From: an uncultured Bacteroidales bacterium
GTDB taxonomy: Bacteria > Bacteroidota > Bacteroidia > Bacteroidales > SZUA-534
Length of the DNA: 53,434 bases
Assembly: GCA_964544385.1 (NCBI GenBank)
Contig: CAZJCR010000003.1
Span: 1 to 53,434, forward strand
Direction of reading: 5' to 3'
The notes below the pieces were generated by a model, which was not told the origin of the DNA, ran no database searches, and was given only the letters and a program-made list of their open reading frames with translations. Positions 38,724-48,632 of the stretch are shown piece by piece. The first letter of the stretch is position 1. Each line of letters starts with the position of its first letter. The position numbers and the translations under genes are program-made.

Positions 38724-39869
38724 TTATATGTACGATAATGCCATTTTACGGGCTTCGGTGTCGGTAGTAATTAACTGGTCCAAAGTTGGTGCGTTGCAGT
38801 AATTGGTGTTTAACATTGTTTTCTCGATAATTTTCGCGATATCTAAAAACGATATTTTATTTTTTAAAAAGTGTTCAACTGCAACCTCGTTGGCTGCATT
38901 AATAGCGGCCGGCATGTTACCGCCTTTATTTAAAGCCTGGTATGCAATGTTAAGGCATGCAAATTTTTCGAAATCGGGTTTTTCGAAAGTAAGTTGCGGG
39001 TGCGTGGCAAAATTTAACCGTTCAAAATTCGAGTTCCATCTGTCGGGAAAACTTAGGGCGTATTGAATAGGCAGTCTCATGTCGGGCAGTCCCATTTGTG
39101 CTTTTATGCTCCCGTCGGTAAATTGTACCATGCTGTGTATAATCGATTGCGGGTGAACAACAACATCAATTTGGTTTGTATCAACTCCAAAAAGCCATTT
39201 GGCTTCGATAACCTCGAGGCCTTTGTTCATCATTGTAGCCGAATCGATAGTAATTTTTGCGCCCATGTTCCAATTAGGGTGTTTAAGGGCTTGTGCCGGG
39301 GTAACGTTTTTAAGTTCGTCAATAGTTTTGCTCCTAAAAGGGCCTCCCGATGCAGTAAGTATAATTTTTTCAATTTTTTCGGGTTCGCCGGCCAGGCATT
39401 GGAAAATTGCCGAGTGTTCGGAGTCGATAGGTGTTAAAAAAACGTTGTTTTGTTTAATTAGTTCAGTTATAAGGCTACCGGCAACTACTAATGTCTCTTT
39501 ATTTGCCAGTGCAATATTTTTTTTGGCCATAATTGCTTTAACAGTTGGCAAAAGCCCCGAGTACCCAACCATGGCAGTAACCACGGTATCGATATTGTCC
39601 ATTTGAACAACCTGTGCAATTGCATTGCTGCCGGCAAATACTTTTATGTCGTAATTGGCAAGGGCATTTTTAACCAGGTTGTATTTAGTTTCGTCGGCAA
39701 TTACAACAGTGTTTGGCAAAAATTCGACAGCTTGTTTAATAAGCAAATCGGCATTCGAGTTTGCAGTTAAAACTTCGACAACGAGTTTGTTACTATTATT
39801 TTTAACAACATCGAGTGTTTGTGTGCCAATGCTGCCTGTCGATCCTAAAATTGCTAAATGTTTGGTCAT
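38724..39869 (-). CDS. dxr: 1-deoxy-D-xylulose-5-phosphate reductoisomerase
   Basis: 381 aa: LAILGSTGSIGTQTLDV...PIDSEHSAIFQCL...NKGLEVIEA. Confidence 0.95.
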   Translation of the reverse strand: MTKHLAILGSTGSIGTQTLDVVKNNSNKLVVEVLTANSNADLLIKQAVEFLPNTVVIADETKYNLVKNALANYDIKVFAGSNAIAQVVQMDNIDTVVTAMVGYSGLLPTVKAIMAKKNIALANKETLVVAGSLITELIKQNNVFLTPIDSEHSAIFQCLAGEPEKIEKIILTASGGPFRSKTIDELKNVTPAQALKHPNWNMGAKITIDSATMMNKGLEVIEAKWLFGVDTNQIDVVVHPQSIIHSMVQFTDGSIKAQMGLPDMRLPIQYALSFPDRWNSNFERLNFATHPQLTFEKPDFEKFACLNIAYQALNKGGNMPAAINAANEVAVEHFLKNKISFLDIAKIIEKTMLNTNYCNAPTLDQLITTDTEARKMALSYI

Positions 39870-39878
39870 TATAATTTG

Positions 39879-40751
39879 TTAAAAAACAATGTAATCGCGT
39901 GGGTTAAGAGGTTTTCCGGCATGCCATAGTTCAAAATGCAGGTGAGGGCCGGTAGTATATTCGCCGGTATTGCCCATCATTGCAATAACATCGCCGGCAA
40001 TAACCCGCTCGCCCATTTTTTTTAGCAGCATCGAGTTGTGTTTATAAACCGACACTAAGTTGTGCCTGTGTTGTACCTGAATAATGTAACCAGCCTCGAG
40101 GGTCCAGGCGGCCATAATAACAGTACCGTCGAGCACGCTTAAAACCGGTTCGTTAATGTTCGACACTATGTCGATACCAAAATGGTTTTCGCGGGTGTTA
40201 AAAATGTTAGTTATTGTACCTTGTAAAGGTTTATAAAAATGTAATTTGTTAATTTCGGTTTCGCTTTCGCGATATATAGGTTGCGACGAGATGCCGTATT
40301 TTTGTTCTTCGTCAATTTGGTTAAACAAATCGTTATCAAAATCGGTTGGCTGTGTTGGTTCGTCGTTAATAATTGGTGGCAGCGAGTCGAGCGTGGCAAT
40401 GTAAGGTTCGGTGTCGTTGCCTTTTAAAATTTTTTGGATATTGTTAATATATTGGTCGCGTACGCGTAATTGTTCCTCGAGCGAGTCGACATGAAGTGTG
40501 TTAACAACAAACATACGCCGCGTGTTTCCATCGGGGTAACCCGGAATATACTCGCGTAAAGGGCTAAATGTTATGGCTAATATGCCGGTAGCAATTAAAA
40601 GAGCCGAAATAAACCCGAGCCAAAGTATTAAGTTTATTCTCGATAAAACCGCGTACCAAACGTCTTGTAGCGTGTTTTCGTTTAAAATAACTAAACGGTA
40701 ACGGTCTTTTAGCCTGTCTTTTAGTTTGCGTTTAACTTTAGGTTTATCCAT
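39879..40751 (-). CDS. M23 family metallopeptidase (membrane-anchored)
   Basis: HFGIDI...GNTGEYTTGPHLHFELW. The track start TTG 40772 is part of a -7 box. I prefer ATG 40751 (MDKPKVKRKL). Confidence 0.85.
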   Translation of the reverse strand: MDKPKVKRKLKDRLKDRYRLVILNENTLQDVWYAVLSRINLILWLGFISALLIATGILAITFSPLREYIPGYPDGNTRRMFVVNTLHVDSLEEQLRVRDQYINNIQKILKGNDTEPYIATLDSLPPIINDEPTQPTDFDNDLFNQIDEEQKYGISSQPIYRESETEINKLHFYKPLQGTITNIFNTRENHFGIDIVSNINEPVLSVLDGTVIMAAWTLEAGYIIQVQHRHNLVSVYKHNSMLLKKMGERVIAGDVIAMMGNTGEYTTGPHLHFELWHAGKPLNPRDYIVF

Positions 40752-40769
40752 TAATAAAAAATTTACGTG

Positions 40770-40777
40770 CAAATATA
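40770..40777 (-). promoter_or_regulatory. Bacteroidota -7 promoter box (TATATTTG on minus strand)
   Basis: CAAATATA on the plus strand, 18 nt upstream of ATG 40751. Confidence 0.5.
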
Positions 40778-40819
40778 TAAAAACTTCGCGGGTTAACTAT
40801 GTGGTTATTTAGGTTAAGG

Positions 40820-43630
40820 TTAATGAGCACCAAGCCAGTTATTGGCGGCGTTACAGTCAACTGTTAAAGGGACAATAAGTGTTGTTGCTGATTCCATATG
40901 CTTAATAATAAGGCTTTTTACCTGTTCGGCCTCGTTAATTGGTACATTAAAAACAAGTTCGTCGTGTACTTGCATTATCATTTGGGTTTTAAGGCCAAGG
41001 TTTTTAATATCGTTAAAAATATTTATCATGGCTATTTTAATAATGTCGGCGGCAGTTCCCTGTATTGGGGCGTTAATGGCATTTCGTTCGGCGGTGCCTC
41101 GCACAATAGCGTTTGTTGAGTTAATGTCGGATAAATAGCGGCGTCGGCCAAAAATTGTTGAAGTAAAACCTGTTTGGCGTGCATTTGCAATGCTTTGGTC
41201 CATGTAGGTTTTTACTTTTGGGTAGTTTTCAAAGTAGCTGTCGATAATTGTTTTTGCCTCGGAGCGTGTAAGGTTTAGGTTTTGCGACAAACCAAAGCTT
41301 GAAATTCCGTATATAATTCCAAAGTTTGCGCCTTTAGCTTTACCGCGCTGTTCGCGGCTAACATTATTAATATCGGTATTAAAAATTCGTGCTGCTGTTG
41401 CCGAGTGTATATCAAACCCGTTTTTAAATGCATCAACCATATTTTGGTCGTTACATAAATGTGCCATAATGCGGAGTTCAATTTGCGAGTAGTCGGCCGA
41501 TATAATTACGTGGTTTTTTGAGCAGGGAATAAAAGCTTTACGTATTTCGCGGCCACGCTGTTCGCGTATTGGAATGTTTTGCAGGTTAGGGTTGTTTGAG
41601 CTAAGCCTGCCTGTTGCAGTAATGGTTTGGTTATACGATGTGTGTATACGGCCGGTTTTTTTATTAACCAATCCGGGCAGGGCTTCAACGTAAGTTGATA
41701 TAAGTTTTTTTAACGATCGGTACTCGAGTACAAGGTTTACAATTGGGTGTTTGTCGGTAAGTTTGCTTAAAATATCTTCGCCGGTTTGGTATTGTTTAGT
41801 TTTTGTAAGTTTTGCATCGCTTGCAATTGCCAATTTGTCGAACAGTATTTCGCCTAACTGTTTTGGCGACGAAATATTGAATTTTTCGCCTGCCAGCGCG
41901 TATATTTCATCTTCAATTTTGTTAACCTCGTTGTTAAGTTCAATGCTATAATTATTAAGATGGTTAGTGTCGATACAAACTCCGGCATACTCCATATGTG
42001 CAAGTACTTTAATAAGCGGGGCTTCAATTGTGTTGTATAGCTCTGTCATTTTATAAAGAGCCAGTTCGTTGTAAAGAATAGGGAACAGTTGTAAAGTAAT
42101 GTCGGCATCTTCGCAGGCATATTTAGCTACAATATCGACATCAACCTGCCGCATATTTTTTTGGTTTTTGCCTTTTTTGCCAATAAGCTCTTCGGTAGTA
42201 ATGTTTTGATAATGCAGGTATTTACGAGCCAAAAGGTCTAAATTGTGGCGTTGTTCGGGCTGTATAAGGTAATGCATAAGCATTGTGTCGTAAAAATGGC
42301 CTTTAAGGTCGATATTGTAGTTTAGTAATACCGATAAATCGTATTTTATATTTTGGCCTATTTTGGCAATGTTTGGGTTTTCGAAAAAAGGCCTGAAAAA
42401 ATCGACAACATTTTGAGCCTCGGTTTGCTGTTCGGGAACAGGTACGTACCATGCTGTACCTTTTTCAATTGCAAACGACATTCCAACGAGTTGAGCTGTA
42501 TGTATATCGAGCGAAGTTGTTTCGGTATCGAAACAGGCTTTATCGGTTTTTAATAATAAATTAAGCAGGTTGGTTTGTTTGTCGGGGGTATCGGAAATAA
42601 TATAGTTAGGTTTTTCGGTATCAATAGTTTTATATGTTTGTTCAACATTAACAGCAGGCTCAAAATTGTCGAACAATGAGCCTTGTATTGGCGAATTAGG
42701 TGATTTTTTTTGGTTTATAGGTGTATGCGCACCTAAAACTCTTGGTAGTAAATTTTTAAATTCAAGCTTGTCAAATAATTCGGTAATTTTTTGGCTGTCG
42801 GGCTGGTTAATTATAAATAAGTCGGGATTAAAATCAACAGGGACATTAGTATCGATAGTTGCAAGTTTTTTCGATAATATTACCTGGTCTTTAAATTGCA
42901 AAAGGTTGTCTTTAATTTTGCCTTTTTGTTGTTCAATATTTTGATAAACATCTTCAATTGACCCGAAAGCCGTGATAAGTTTTTCGGCACCTTTAGGGCC
43001 AACACCAGGGCAACCGGGAATGTTGTCGCTCGCGTCGCCCATTAAACCAAGCAAATCGACAATTTTTGAGGGGGTTACATTAAATTTTTCGACAACAGCT
43101 TTTTCGTCCCAAATTTCGGCATCGTTGCCCGAGCGCGCTGGTTTAAACACAAATATATTATCCGATACAAGTTGGGCATAGTCTTTATCGGGTGTCATCA
43201 TAAACACTTTAAAACCAATATTTTTAAACTTGTATGCCAGCGTACCAATAATGTCGTCGGCTTCGTATCCGGCCAACGATATTACCGGAATGTTCATGGC
43301 TGCAATCATTTGTTTAATGTAAGGTATACTCTGGCGCAGGTCTTCGGGCATAGCTTCGCGGTTTGCTTTATAGTTTGCAAACATTTGGTGCCTGAAAGTT
43401 GGCCCGTGAGTGTCAAAAACAACGCCAATGTGCGACGGTTTTTGTTTGTTTAAAACCTCGAGCAACGTATTTGTAAAGCCAAAAACTGCCGATGTGTTTT
43501 CACCTTTCGAATTTATGCGCGGGCTGTTTATAAAAGCATAGTACGAGCGGTAGGCCAAAGCATATGCATCGAGTAAAAAAACAGTTTTGTTTTCCATATT
43601 TTTTTGTTTGAGGCGTAAAGATAAAACCAT
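40820..43630 (-). CDS. polA: DNA polymerase I
   Basis: 936-aa ORF with 5'-nuclease (FLLDAYALAYRSYYAF), 3'-5' exonuclease and family A polymerase (RRYLSDINS..., QVHDELVF) domains. An alternative start is ATG 43597 (MENKTVFLLD). Confidence 0.95.
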   Translation of the reverse strand: MVLSLRLKQKNMENKTVFLLDAYALAYRSYYAFINSPRINSKGENTSAVFGFTNTLLEVLNKQKPSHIGVVFDTHGPTFRHQMFANYKANREAMPEDLRQSIPYIKQMIAAMNIPVISLAGYEADDIIGTLAYKFKNIGFKVFMMTPDKDYAQLVSDNIFVFKPARSGNDAEIWDEKAVVEKFNVTPSKIVDLLGLMGDASDNIPGCPGVGPKGAEKLITAFGSIEDVYQNIEQQKGKIKDNLLQFKDQVILSKKLATIDTNVPVDFNPDLFIINQPDSQKITELFDKLEFKNLLPRVLGAHTPINQKKSPNSPIQGSLFDNFEPAVNVEQTYKTIDTEKPNYIISDTPDKQTNLLNLLLKTDKACFDTETTSLDIHTAQLVGMSFAIEKGTAWYVPVPEQQTEAQNVVDFFRPFFENPNIAKIGQNIKYDLSVLLNYNIDLKGHFYDTMLMHYLIQPEQRHNLDLLARKYLHYQNITTEELIGKKGKNQKNMRQVDVDIVAKYACEDADITLQLFPILYNELALYKMTELYNTIEAPLIKVLAHMEYAGVCIDTNHLNNYSIELNNEVNKIEDEIYALAGEKFNISSPKQLGEILFDKLAIASDAKLTKTKQYQTGEDILSKLTDKHPIVNLVLEYRSLKKLISTYVEALPGLVNKKTGRIHTSYNQTITATGRLSSNNPNLQNIPIREQRGREIRKAFIPCSKNHVIISADYSQIELRIMAHLCNDQNMVDAFKNGFDIHSATAARIFNTDINNVSREQRGKAKGANFGIIYGISSFGLSQNLNLTRSEAKTIIDSYFENYPKVKTYMDQSIANARQTGFTSTIFGRRRYLSDINSTNAIVRGTAERNAINAPIQGTAADIIKIAMINIFNDIKNLGLKTQMIMQVHDELVFNVPINEAEQVKSLIIKHMESATTLIVPLTVDCNAANNWLGAH

Positions 43631-43663
43631 TAATTAGTTTTTAAAAACCTTTAAATTTATTGT

Positions 43664-43805
43664 AACCCAAATTGAGCGAAACGCTCAATCGATTTAGATT
43701 TTGTAAGTATTTCACTACACTTCGTTAGTGAAACACAACAAACTCTACATCGGGGTTAACCTAAGTAAAGCGTTTATTTGCTGCGCTTTAACCGCTTAAC
43801 TTAGG
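43664..43805 (+). repeat. Three-hairpin intergenic repeat, copy D (full length, closest to consensus)
   Basis: aacccaaattgagcgaaacgctcaatcgatttagattttgtaagtatttcactacacttcgttagtgaaacacaacaaactctacatcggggttaacctaagtaaagcgtttatttgctgcgctttaaccgcttaacttagg. Confidence 0.9.
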
Positions 43806-43885
43806 AGTAAGCCTTTTTGCGCCATCAAAAAATGCTAATATATTAGTTCAATTTTTTAAATAGTGTAAGCTTTTAAAAACACATG

Positions 43886-43968
43886 CTAATTGAGCTGCTA
43901 CAAGCTCTAAATAAAGACTATACCTAAGTAAATGTTTTGTTAGTTTTGCATAAGCTGCAAAATGCGGG
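43886..43968 (+). repeat. Degenerate, internally deleted copy D' of the repeat (hairpin 1 + hairpin 3 regions)
   Basis: ctaattgagctgctacaagctc...tatacctaagtaaatgttttgttagttttgcataagctgc. Recognisable only by the attgagc and tacctaagtaaa segments. Confidence 0.35.
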
Positions 43969-44085
43969 TAAAATTTATAAATTTGTTTTTAAAACTAAAT
44001 AAACATGTTTCCTTATAATTTTTTACATTTATGCTAAATATTTAAAAACATTTTTATAAAAACCATAAAATTTTGAACAATTAGT

Positions 44086-44093
44086 TATATTTG
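44086..44093 (+). promoter_or_regulatory. Bacteroidota -7 promoter box (TATATTTG)
   Basis: Exact match. Its TTG is the track start at 44091. ATG 44115 is 21 nt downstream. Confidence 0.5.
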
Positions 44094-44114
44094 AAGCCCA
44101 AAATAAAATTTGTA

Positions 44115-45152
44115 ATGTCAAAGTTAATACTACCCGAAAACTATAAAAGTTTTCTGAATTTAAAACAAACCGAACAAGCAATAAAGCTTGTTAAAGATAA
44201 TTTTGAGAACCACCTGTCGGGCGAATTACGGTTGCGGCGCGTAACAGCACCCCTGTTCGTATTGCAGGGTACCGGTATAAACGACGACCTTAATGGTTTC
44301 GAGAATAAAGTAACATTTGGTATACTTGATATGGAAGGCAAAAAGGCCGAGGTTGTAAACTCGCTTGCCAAATGGAAACGCCTTGCCCTTGCCGACTATC
44401 GGATACCCGAAGGTTACGGTATTTATACCGACATGAACGCCATACGCCCCGACGAAGAATTAGATAATATACACTCGTTGTATGTTGACCAATGGGACTG
44501 GGAACTAAATTTGCCTGCAAATAAGCGAAACCTCGAATTTTTGAAAACAACTGTAAACAAAATTTATGAGGTTTTAAAACGTGTTGAGTTTGTTGTGTAT
44601 CAAACGTACCCTCAAATTGAGCCTATACTGCCAGATAATATTACTTTTATTCACTCCGAAGAGTTGCTTAAAATGTACCCAAATTTATCGGCTAAAGAAC
44701 GCGAAACCGAGATTACCAAAAAACATAAAGCTGTTTTTATTATTGGAATAGGAGCCGGGCTCGAAAACGGTGAGCGCCACGATGGCCGGGCTCCCGATTA
44801 CGACGACTGGAGTACACCTACACAAAATGGTTATAAAGGCCTTAATGGCGATATTTTATTATGGCACCCTGTTTTAAATATTGTTTTCGAAATTAGTTCG
44901 ATGGGAATAAGGGTTGATCAAAAAGCCTTGTTAAACCAATTAAACATAGCCGGTGCCGAGAACCGTAAAGAACTATATTTTCACAAACGATTGCTTAATA
45001 ACGAGTTGCCACAGTCGATTGGTGGCGGTTTAGGGCAGTCGCGTATATGTATGTTCTTTTTGCGTAAAGCACATATTGGCGAAATACAATCGAGTATTTG
45101 GCCCGACGATATGCGAACCGATTGTGCAAAAAATGGTATTACTTTAATATAA
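44115..45152 (+). CDS. asnA: Aspartate--ammonia ligase (asparagine synthetase A)
   Basis: MSKLILPENYKSFLNLKQTEQAIKLVKDNFE...LRRVTAPLFV...SIGGGLGQSRICMFFL. 345 aa from ATG 44115. Confidence 0.9.
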   Translation: MSKLILPENYKSFLNLKQTEQAIKLVKDNFENHLSGELRLRRVTAPLFVLQGTGINDDLNGFENKVTFGILDMEGKKAEVVNSLAKWKRLALADYRIPEGYGIYTDMNAIRPDEELDNIHSLYVDQWDWELNLPANKRNLEFLKTTVNKIYEVLKRVEFVVYQTYPQIEPILPDNITFIHSEELLKMYPNLSAKERETEITKKHKAVFIIGIGAGLENGERHDGRAPDYDDWSTPTQNGYKGLNGDILLWHPVLNIVFEISSMGIRVDQKALLNQLNIAGAENRKELYFHKRLLNNELPQSIGGGLGQSRICMFFLRKAHIGEIQSSIWPDDMRTDCAKNGITLI

Positions 45153-45175
45153 GCTGATATTTAGATTTTAAAGAA

Positions 45176-45218
45176 AATAAAAAGGGGTGTTATTTTTAAT
45201 AACAGCCCTTTTTATTTT
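45176..45218. terminator. Bidirectional rho-independent terminator between asnA and the S41 peptidase gene
   Basis: aaaaaGGGGTGTTATttttaATAACAGCCCtttttatttt: ~14-bp stem with one mismatch, T-runs on both strands. Confidence 0.7.
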
Positions 45219-45251
45219 GAATAATTTAAGCTCATAGGCTTATTAAAATAA

Positions 45252-45393
45252 AACTCGAATTGAGCGATTACCTCACAGGATAAAACCTTTATAAGCCTTT
45301 TACGGCACTACGTTTTTGAAAGACCACAAACTCTACTTCGGGGTTAACCTAAGTAAAGCGGTTGTTTACTTGGTTCCAACAGCTAAATTTAGG
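45252..45393 (+). repeat. Three-hairpin intergenic repeat, copy F (full length, divergent 5' half)
   Basis: aactcgaattgagcgattacctcacagg...accacaaactctacttcggggttaacctaagtaaagcggttgtttacttggttccaacagctaaatttagg. Confidence 0.7.
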
Positions 45394-45448
45394 TTTTAAA
45401 AACTTAAAATTAAGGAAAGTGTTTTTTGTTATGTTAAAGTCGCTAAAC

Positions 45449-46528
45449 TTAGTTTAACTCTAAAATTGCCCTGTCAATAATTTCGTCTTTAGTTAAATCG
45501 GACCAGTTAAAAGCTGCCTGTATGTCGGCAGGTACGCCATGTTCGGCATAAACATTACCGTTTAAGTCGAGTAGCTGGCTAATGCTAAAGCGGTATGTCC
45601 AACCATTTGGCATTTGCCCGCCATTTGGCAGCCCACCGCCACCACCAGTAGTATCGCCCATAAGGGTAATATTTTGTAAAGCTTTTGTGGCAAGTGCAAA
45701 AAAAGTTGTAGCACTATACGAACCTCTGTCGATAAGAACAATTACAGGTTTTAAATATTTTACACCGCTATACGGAGTGATAAAAAAATCTTCGCGTTCC
45801 GAAAAGCTGTTATGGCTGATACCGTTGCGAGTAATACTATAAGCTACAAGTGTTTTTGTATCAGTAAACCGTCCAAGTATTTTAGGGACGTTAAAAAGGC
45901 TGCCGCCGCCATTTGCCCTAACATCAAAAATAAGGCCTTTTGTATCTTTGTAGCGGTTTATAATATAGTCCATTTCCTGGTTACTAAAATCATTGGCAAA
46001 GCTCTTGTAACGAATATACCCTATTTCGTTGTTATGTAAAAAACCATGAGTAAAGGCTCCTTTTGACATTGCATTAGGTATATAAAACTCGTTAACAGTA
46101 CGTTCGTGATAGTTTTCGGGTGTTTTAACCATAATATTGTAACGCGAAATACTAAACGGGCTAATAAGGTTAGTATGGTCGTCGCGTAATTCATTTAACA
46201 TAGCGGCCAATACATTAAACAGCTCCTCGTTGGTCGATTTTTCGGAAAGCATTGGGCGATACTTGTTTTTAATTTGTTGCCAATCAATATTTTTGGTTTC
46301 AAAATAGCTGTATTTATTATTAACCTCGTCCCATAAATAGTCGAAATTAGCCAATGGTTCATCGGTAGCTAAATCGGGTCCAAAAAGAACCTCCTCGCAC
46401 GATAATATTGTTGCTGAAAAAATTATGAATAATAAAACAAATTTAGTTTTACAATAAAATTTGCTTAATAAATTGAAAGTAAGATGCACAATAATTTTAA
46501 GTTTGTTATTGTTTTTTAAAAAAGCCAT
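45449..46528 (-). CDS. S41 family peptidase (lipoprotein)
   Basis: 359 aa. Lipobox FIIFSATILSC, and LIDRGSYSATTFFALATK...GDTTGGGGG typical of the S41 tail-specific-protease family. Exact start uncertain. Confidence 0.75.
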   Translation of the reverse strand: MAFLKNNNKLKIIVHLTFNLLSKFYCKTKFVLLFIIFSATILSCEEVLFGPDLATDEPLANFDYLWDEVNNKYSYFETKNIDWQQIKNKYRPMLSEKSTNEELFNVLAAMLNELRDDHTNLISPFSISRYNIMVKTPENYHERTVNEFYIPNAMSKGAFTHGFLHNNEIGYIRYKSFANDFSNQEMDYIINRYKDTKGLIFDVRANGGGSLFNVPKILGRFTDTKTLVAYSITRNGISHNSFSEREDFFITPYSGVKYLKPVIVLIDRGSYSATTFFALATKALQNITLMGDTTGGGGGLPNGGQMPNGWTYRFSISQLLDLNGNVYAEHGVPADIQAAFNWSDLTKDEIIDRAILELN

Positions 46529-46579
46529 ATTAATAATGTTTTAGTATCTGTTTATAAATAGCAATTGGTAAATGGTTTA

Positions 46580-46722
46580 AACCCAAATTGAGCGATTCGC
46601 TCAATCGATTTATATTTTGTATGTATTTCGCTGCACTTGGTTAGTGAAACACAACAAACTCTACATCGGGGTTATACTTATGTAAGGTGTTTGTTTGCTT
46701 AGCTACAACCACTCAACTTAGG
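46580..46722 (+). repeat. Three-hairpin intergenic repeat, copy G (full length)
   Basis: aacccaaattgagcgattcgctcaatcgatttatattttgtatgtatttcgctgcacttggttagtgaaacacaacaaactctacatcggggttatacttatgtaaggtg...cactcaacttagg. Confidence 0.85.
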
Positions 46723-46798
46723 TTTTATTTAACCGTTAAACATAAGTTAAATTATATTTTATTGTTACAATATTTTTTTGGTTACAAACCATCGATAA

Positions 46799-47713
46799 TT
46801 AAAATTTATTTGCGTTAAAATAGTAAGTAAAAATTATTTGATGGCTTGCCAATTGGAATTTTTCGTGTTTGCCGGGCGCATTTGCAGCATCCCACACGTA
46901 TGACAGGCTTTTAGCGTTACCATTTTTAAGGTATTTAATATACTCGACTCCGGCATTTATGCGCCAGCCGTTTAGCGACCATTTGTAGTTTGATATAAGC
47001 CACGATAAAGAATTGGTTTCAGTTCCAACTATTTGACTGATATATGAGTACGCGTAACCCGGCCTGTAATTAAAATTAAGTAAACCTACATTAGCAAATA
47101 TTTTAAGGTCGCGTTTTACAGGTTTTAATGTATGTTTAAAAAGCCAAAAATTTAATTCGCAAGGCTCGTTTCGCGATATATCGGTTGTAAATTGACCCGA
47201 TAACATGACATTTGTTAAATTTTCGATGCCAACTGAATTGTTTAGCAAAGCAGCATTGTTTCTAAAATTTTGTGTAATGTGTACAACACCACCGAGTTTT
47301 ATGTTGAAATTTTCGGTTGATATTGAGTTAATTTTCCATAATTGTAAATATCGGATATTTAGTTGCATTAAACTTGAGCCAGTAGTTGGCTGTAGATTAT
47401 CGCTATTTTGAATGTTTGCCAACAGTGAACTATAACCAAAACCTATCTCGAGTTTATGTTCGTGTATGTTTGATACTTTTAGCCATGCCGTTTGTAACTG
47501 TATACCTGCCCCACGGTAAAACAGGGGCGATGTGGCAAAATCGCGATATAATGGGCTGTTTGCTCCTACTGTAAATAATCTGTAGTAATTTGTAACATTA
47601 TTATTATCAGGCATATTAGCTGCCTTATTGTTTTGACTGTAGCCGTTTTGTATAATGACAGCAGTTAAAACCAGGGTGTAAAAAAGTTTGGTGTAACTTT
47701 TAATTTTAATCAT
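46799..47713 (-). CDS. Hypothetical outer-membrane beta-barrel protein
   Basis: 304 aa with a signal peptide, amphipathic strand periodicity and a C-terminal ...FTYYFNANKF ending in Phe. Confidence 0.5.
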   Translation of the reverse strand: MIKIKSYTKLFYTLVLTAVIIQNGYSQNNKAANMPDNNNVTNYYRLFTVGANSPLYRDFATSPLFYRGAGIQLQTAWLKVSNIHEHKLEIGFGYSSLLANIQNSDNLQPTTGSSLMQLNIRYLQLWKINSISTENFNIKLGGVVHITQNFRNNAALLNNSVGIENLTNVMLSGQFTTDISRNEPCELNFWLFKHTLKPVKRDLKIFANVGLLNFNYRPGYAYSYISQIVGTETNSLSWLISNYKWSLNGWRINAGVEYIKYLKNGNAKSLSYVWDAANAPGKHEKFQLASHQIIFTYYFNANKF

Positions 47714-47840
47714 AAAATTTTAAATATTTATTTACTTAATATTTTTACATATCACTAATTCGCGCTAAAATATTGAATATATAATTTGAACAGGTGTTTT
47801 TATTCTAATATCGCAACAGTGGTTGTTAATATTTGTAGTA

Positions 47841-48632
47841 TTATTCAAATGTACCCACTAACTTAAATGAAGTGCCATATCCACCAATTATGGTAAATGT
47901 GTTTTTCGATATGTCATCAATCATAAAACCCATTGGAGTTCCAATAAAATCACTGCTTATTAAGCAATAAATCTGATTGTTTTTATCTTTGGCCATCACG
48001 CTAAATAAATAGGCATTTATTAGGTATCGGGGATGTTGAACAAGATTTTTGTTTATTATAATTTTCTCGTTAACATTAAATACAATAGGGTTATCAACTC
48101 GTATAGTGTTATTGCTGATATTTTTTTCGACCGATGATGTATATAATACCGGACATTTTGGATATATGCCAACAGGCTCCATTGTGTTATCGGTAAATTT
48201 TTGTATTTGAAAATATATATCAACGTTCGAATTAGTTTGTGGCCAACCTTCGGTTGTGTTTGTAGTATCCCAATATACCGATTCTATTTCGATACGTTTT
48301 AAAACCCTATCAACAACAATAATCTCTTTTGAAGTTTCGGTCTGGTTTCCGTTATTGTTTTTGGCAATAAGTTTTAATGTATAAGTTCCTGATTTTGGAT
48401 ACGACAAAACAAATTCGTGTTCCTTTATTGTTCGGCCATCGCCTAAATCCCATAATACTGAGTCGGTATTTGTTGAATTACTGACAACTGAAAAATCATC
48501 AAAACTCGCGACTTTAAAAGTGTTATTATCATTTCCGTTAATTGTAAACGACGAAATGGGCTCTGTTTTGTCCTTGTTGCAACTGTACATTGCACTCATC
48601 AAAATCATCAAAAAAAATAATTTGGTTTTCAT
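47841..48632 (-). CDS. Hypothetical lipoprotein with PKD-like domain
   Basis: The track start is TTG 48689. I prefer ATG 48632 (MKTKLFFLMILMSAMYSCNKD). PKD-like segment WDLGDGRTIKEHEFVLSYPKSGTYTLKLIAKNNNGN. Confidence 0.6.
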   Translation of the reverse strand: MKTKLFFLMILMSAMYSCNKDKTEPISSFTINGNDNNTFKVASFDDFSVVSNSTNTDSVLWDLGDGRTIKEHEFVLSYPKSGTYTLKLIAKNNNGNQTETSKEIIVVDRVLKRIEIESVYWDTTNTTEGWPQTNSNVDIYFQIQKFTDNTMEPVGIYPKCPVLYTSSVEKNISNNTIRVDNPIVFNVNEKIIINKNLVQHPRYLINAYLFSVMAKDKNNQIYCLISSDFIGTPMGFMIDDISKNTFTIIGGYGTSFKLVGTFE

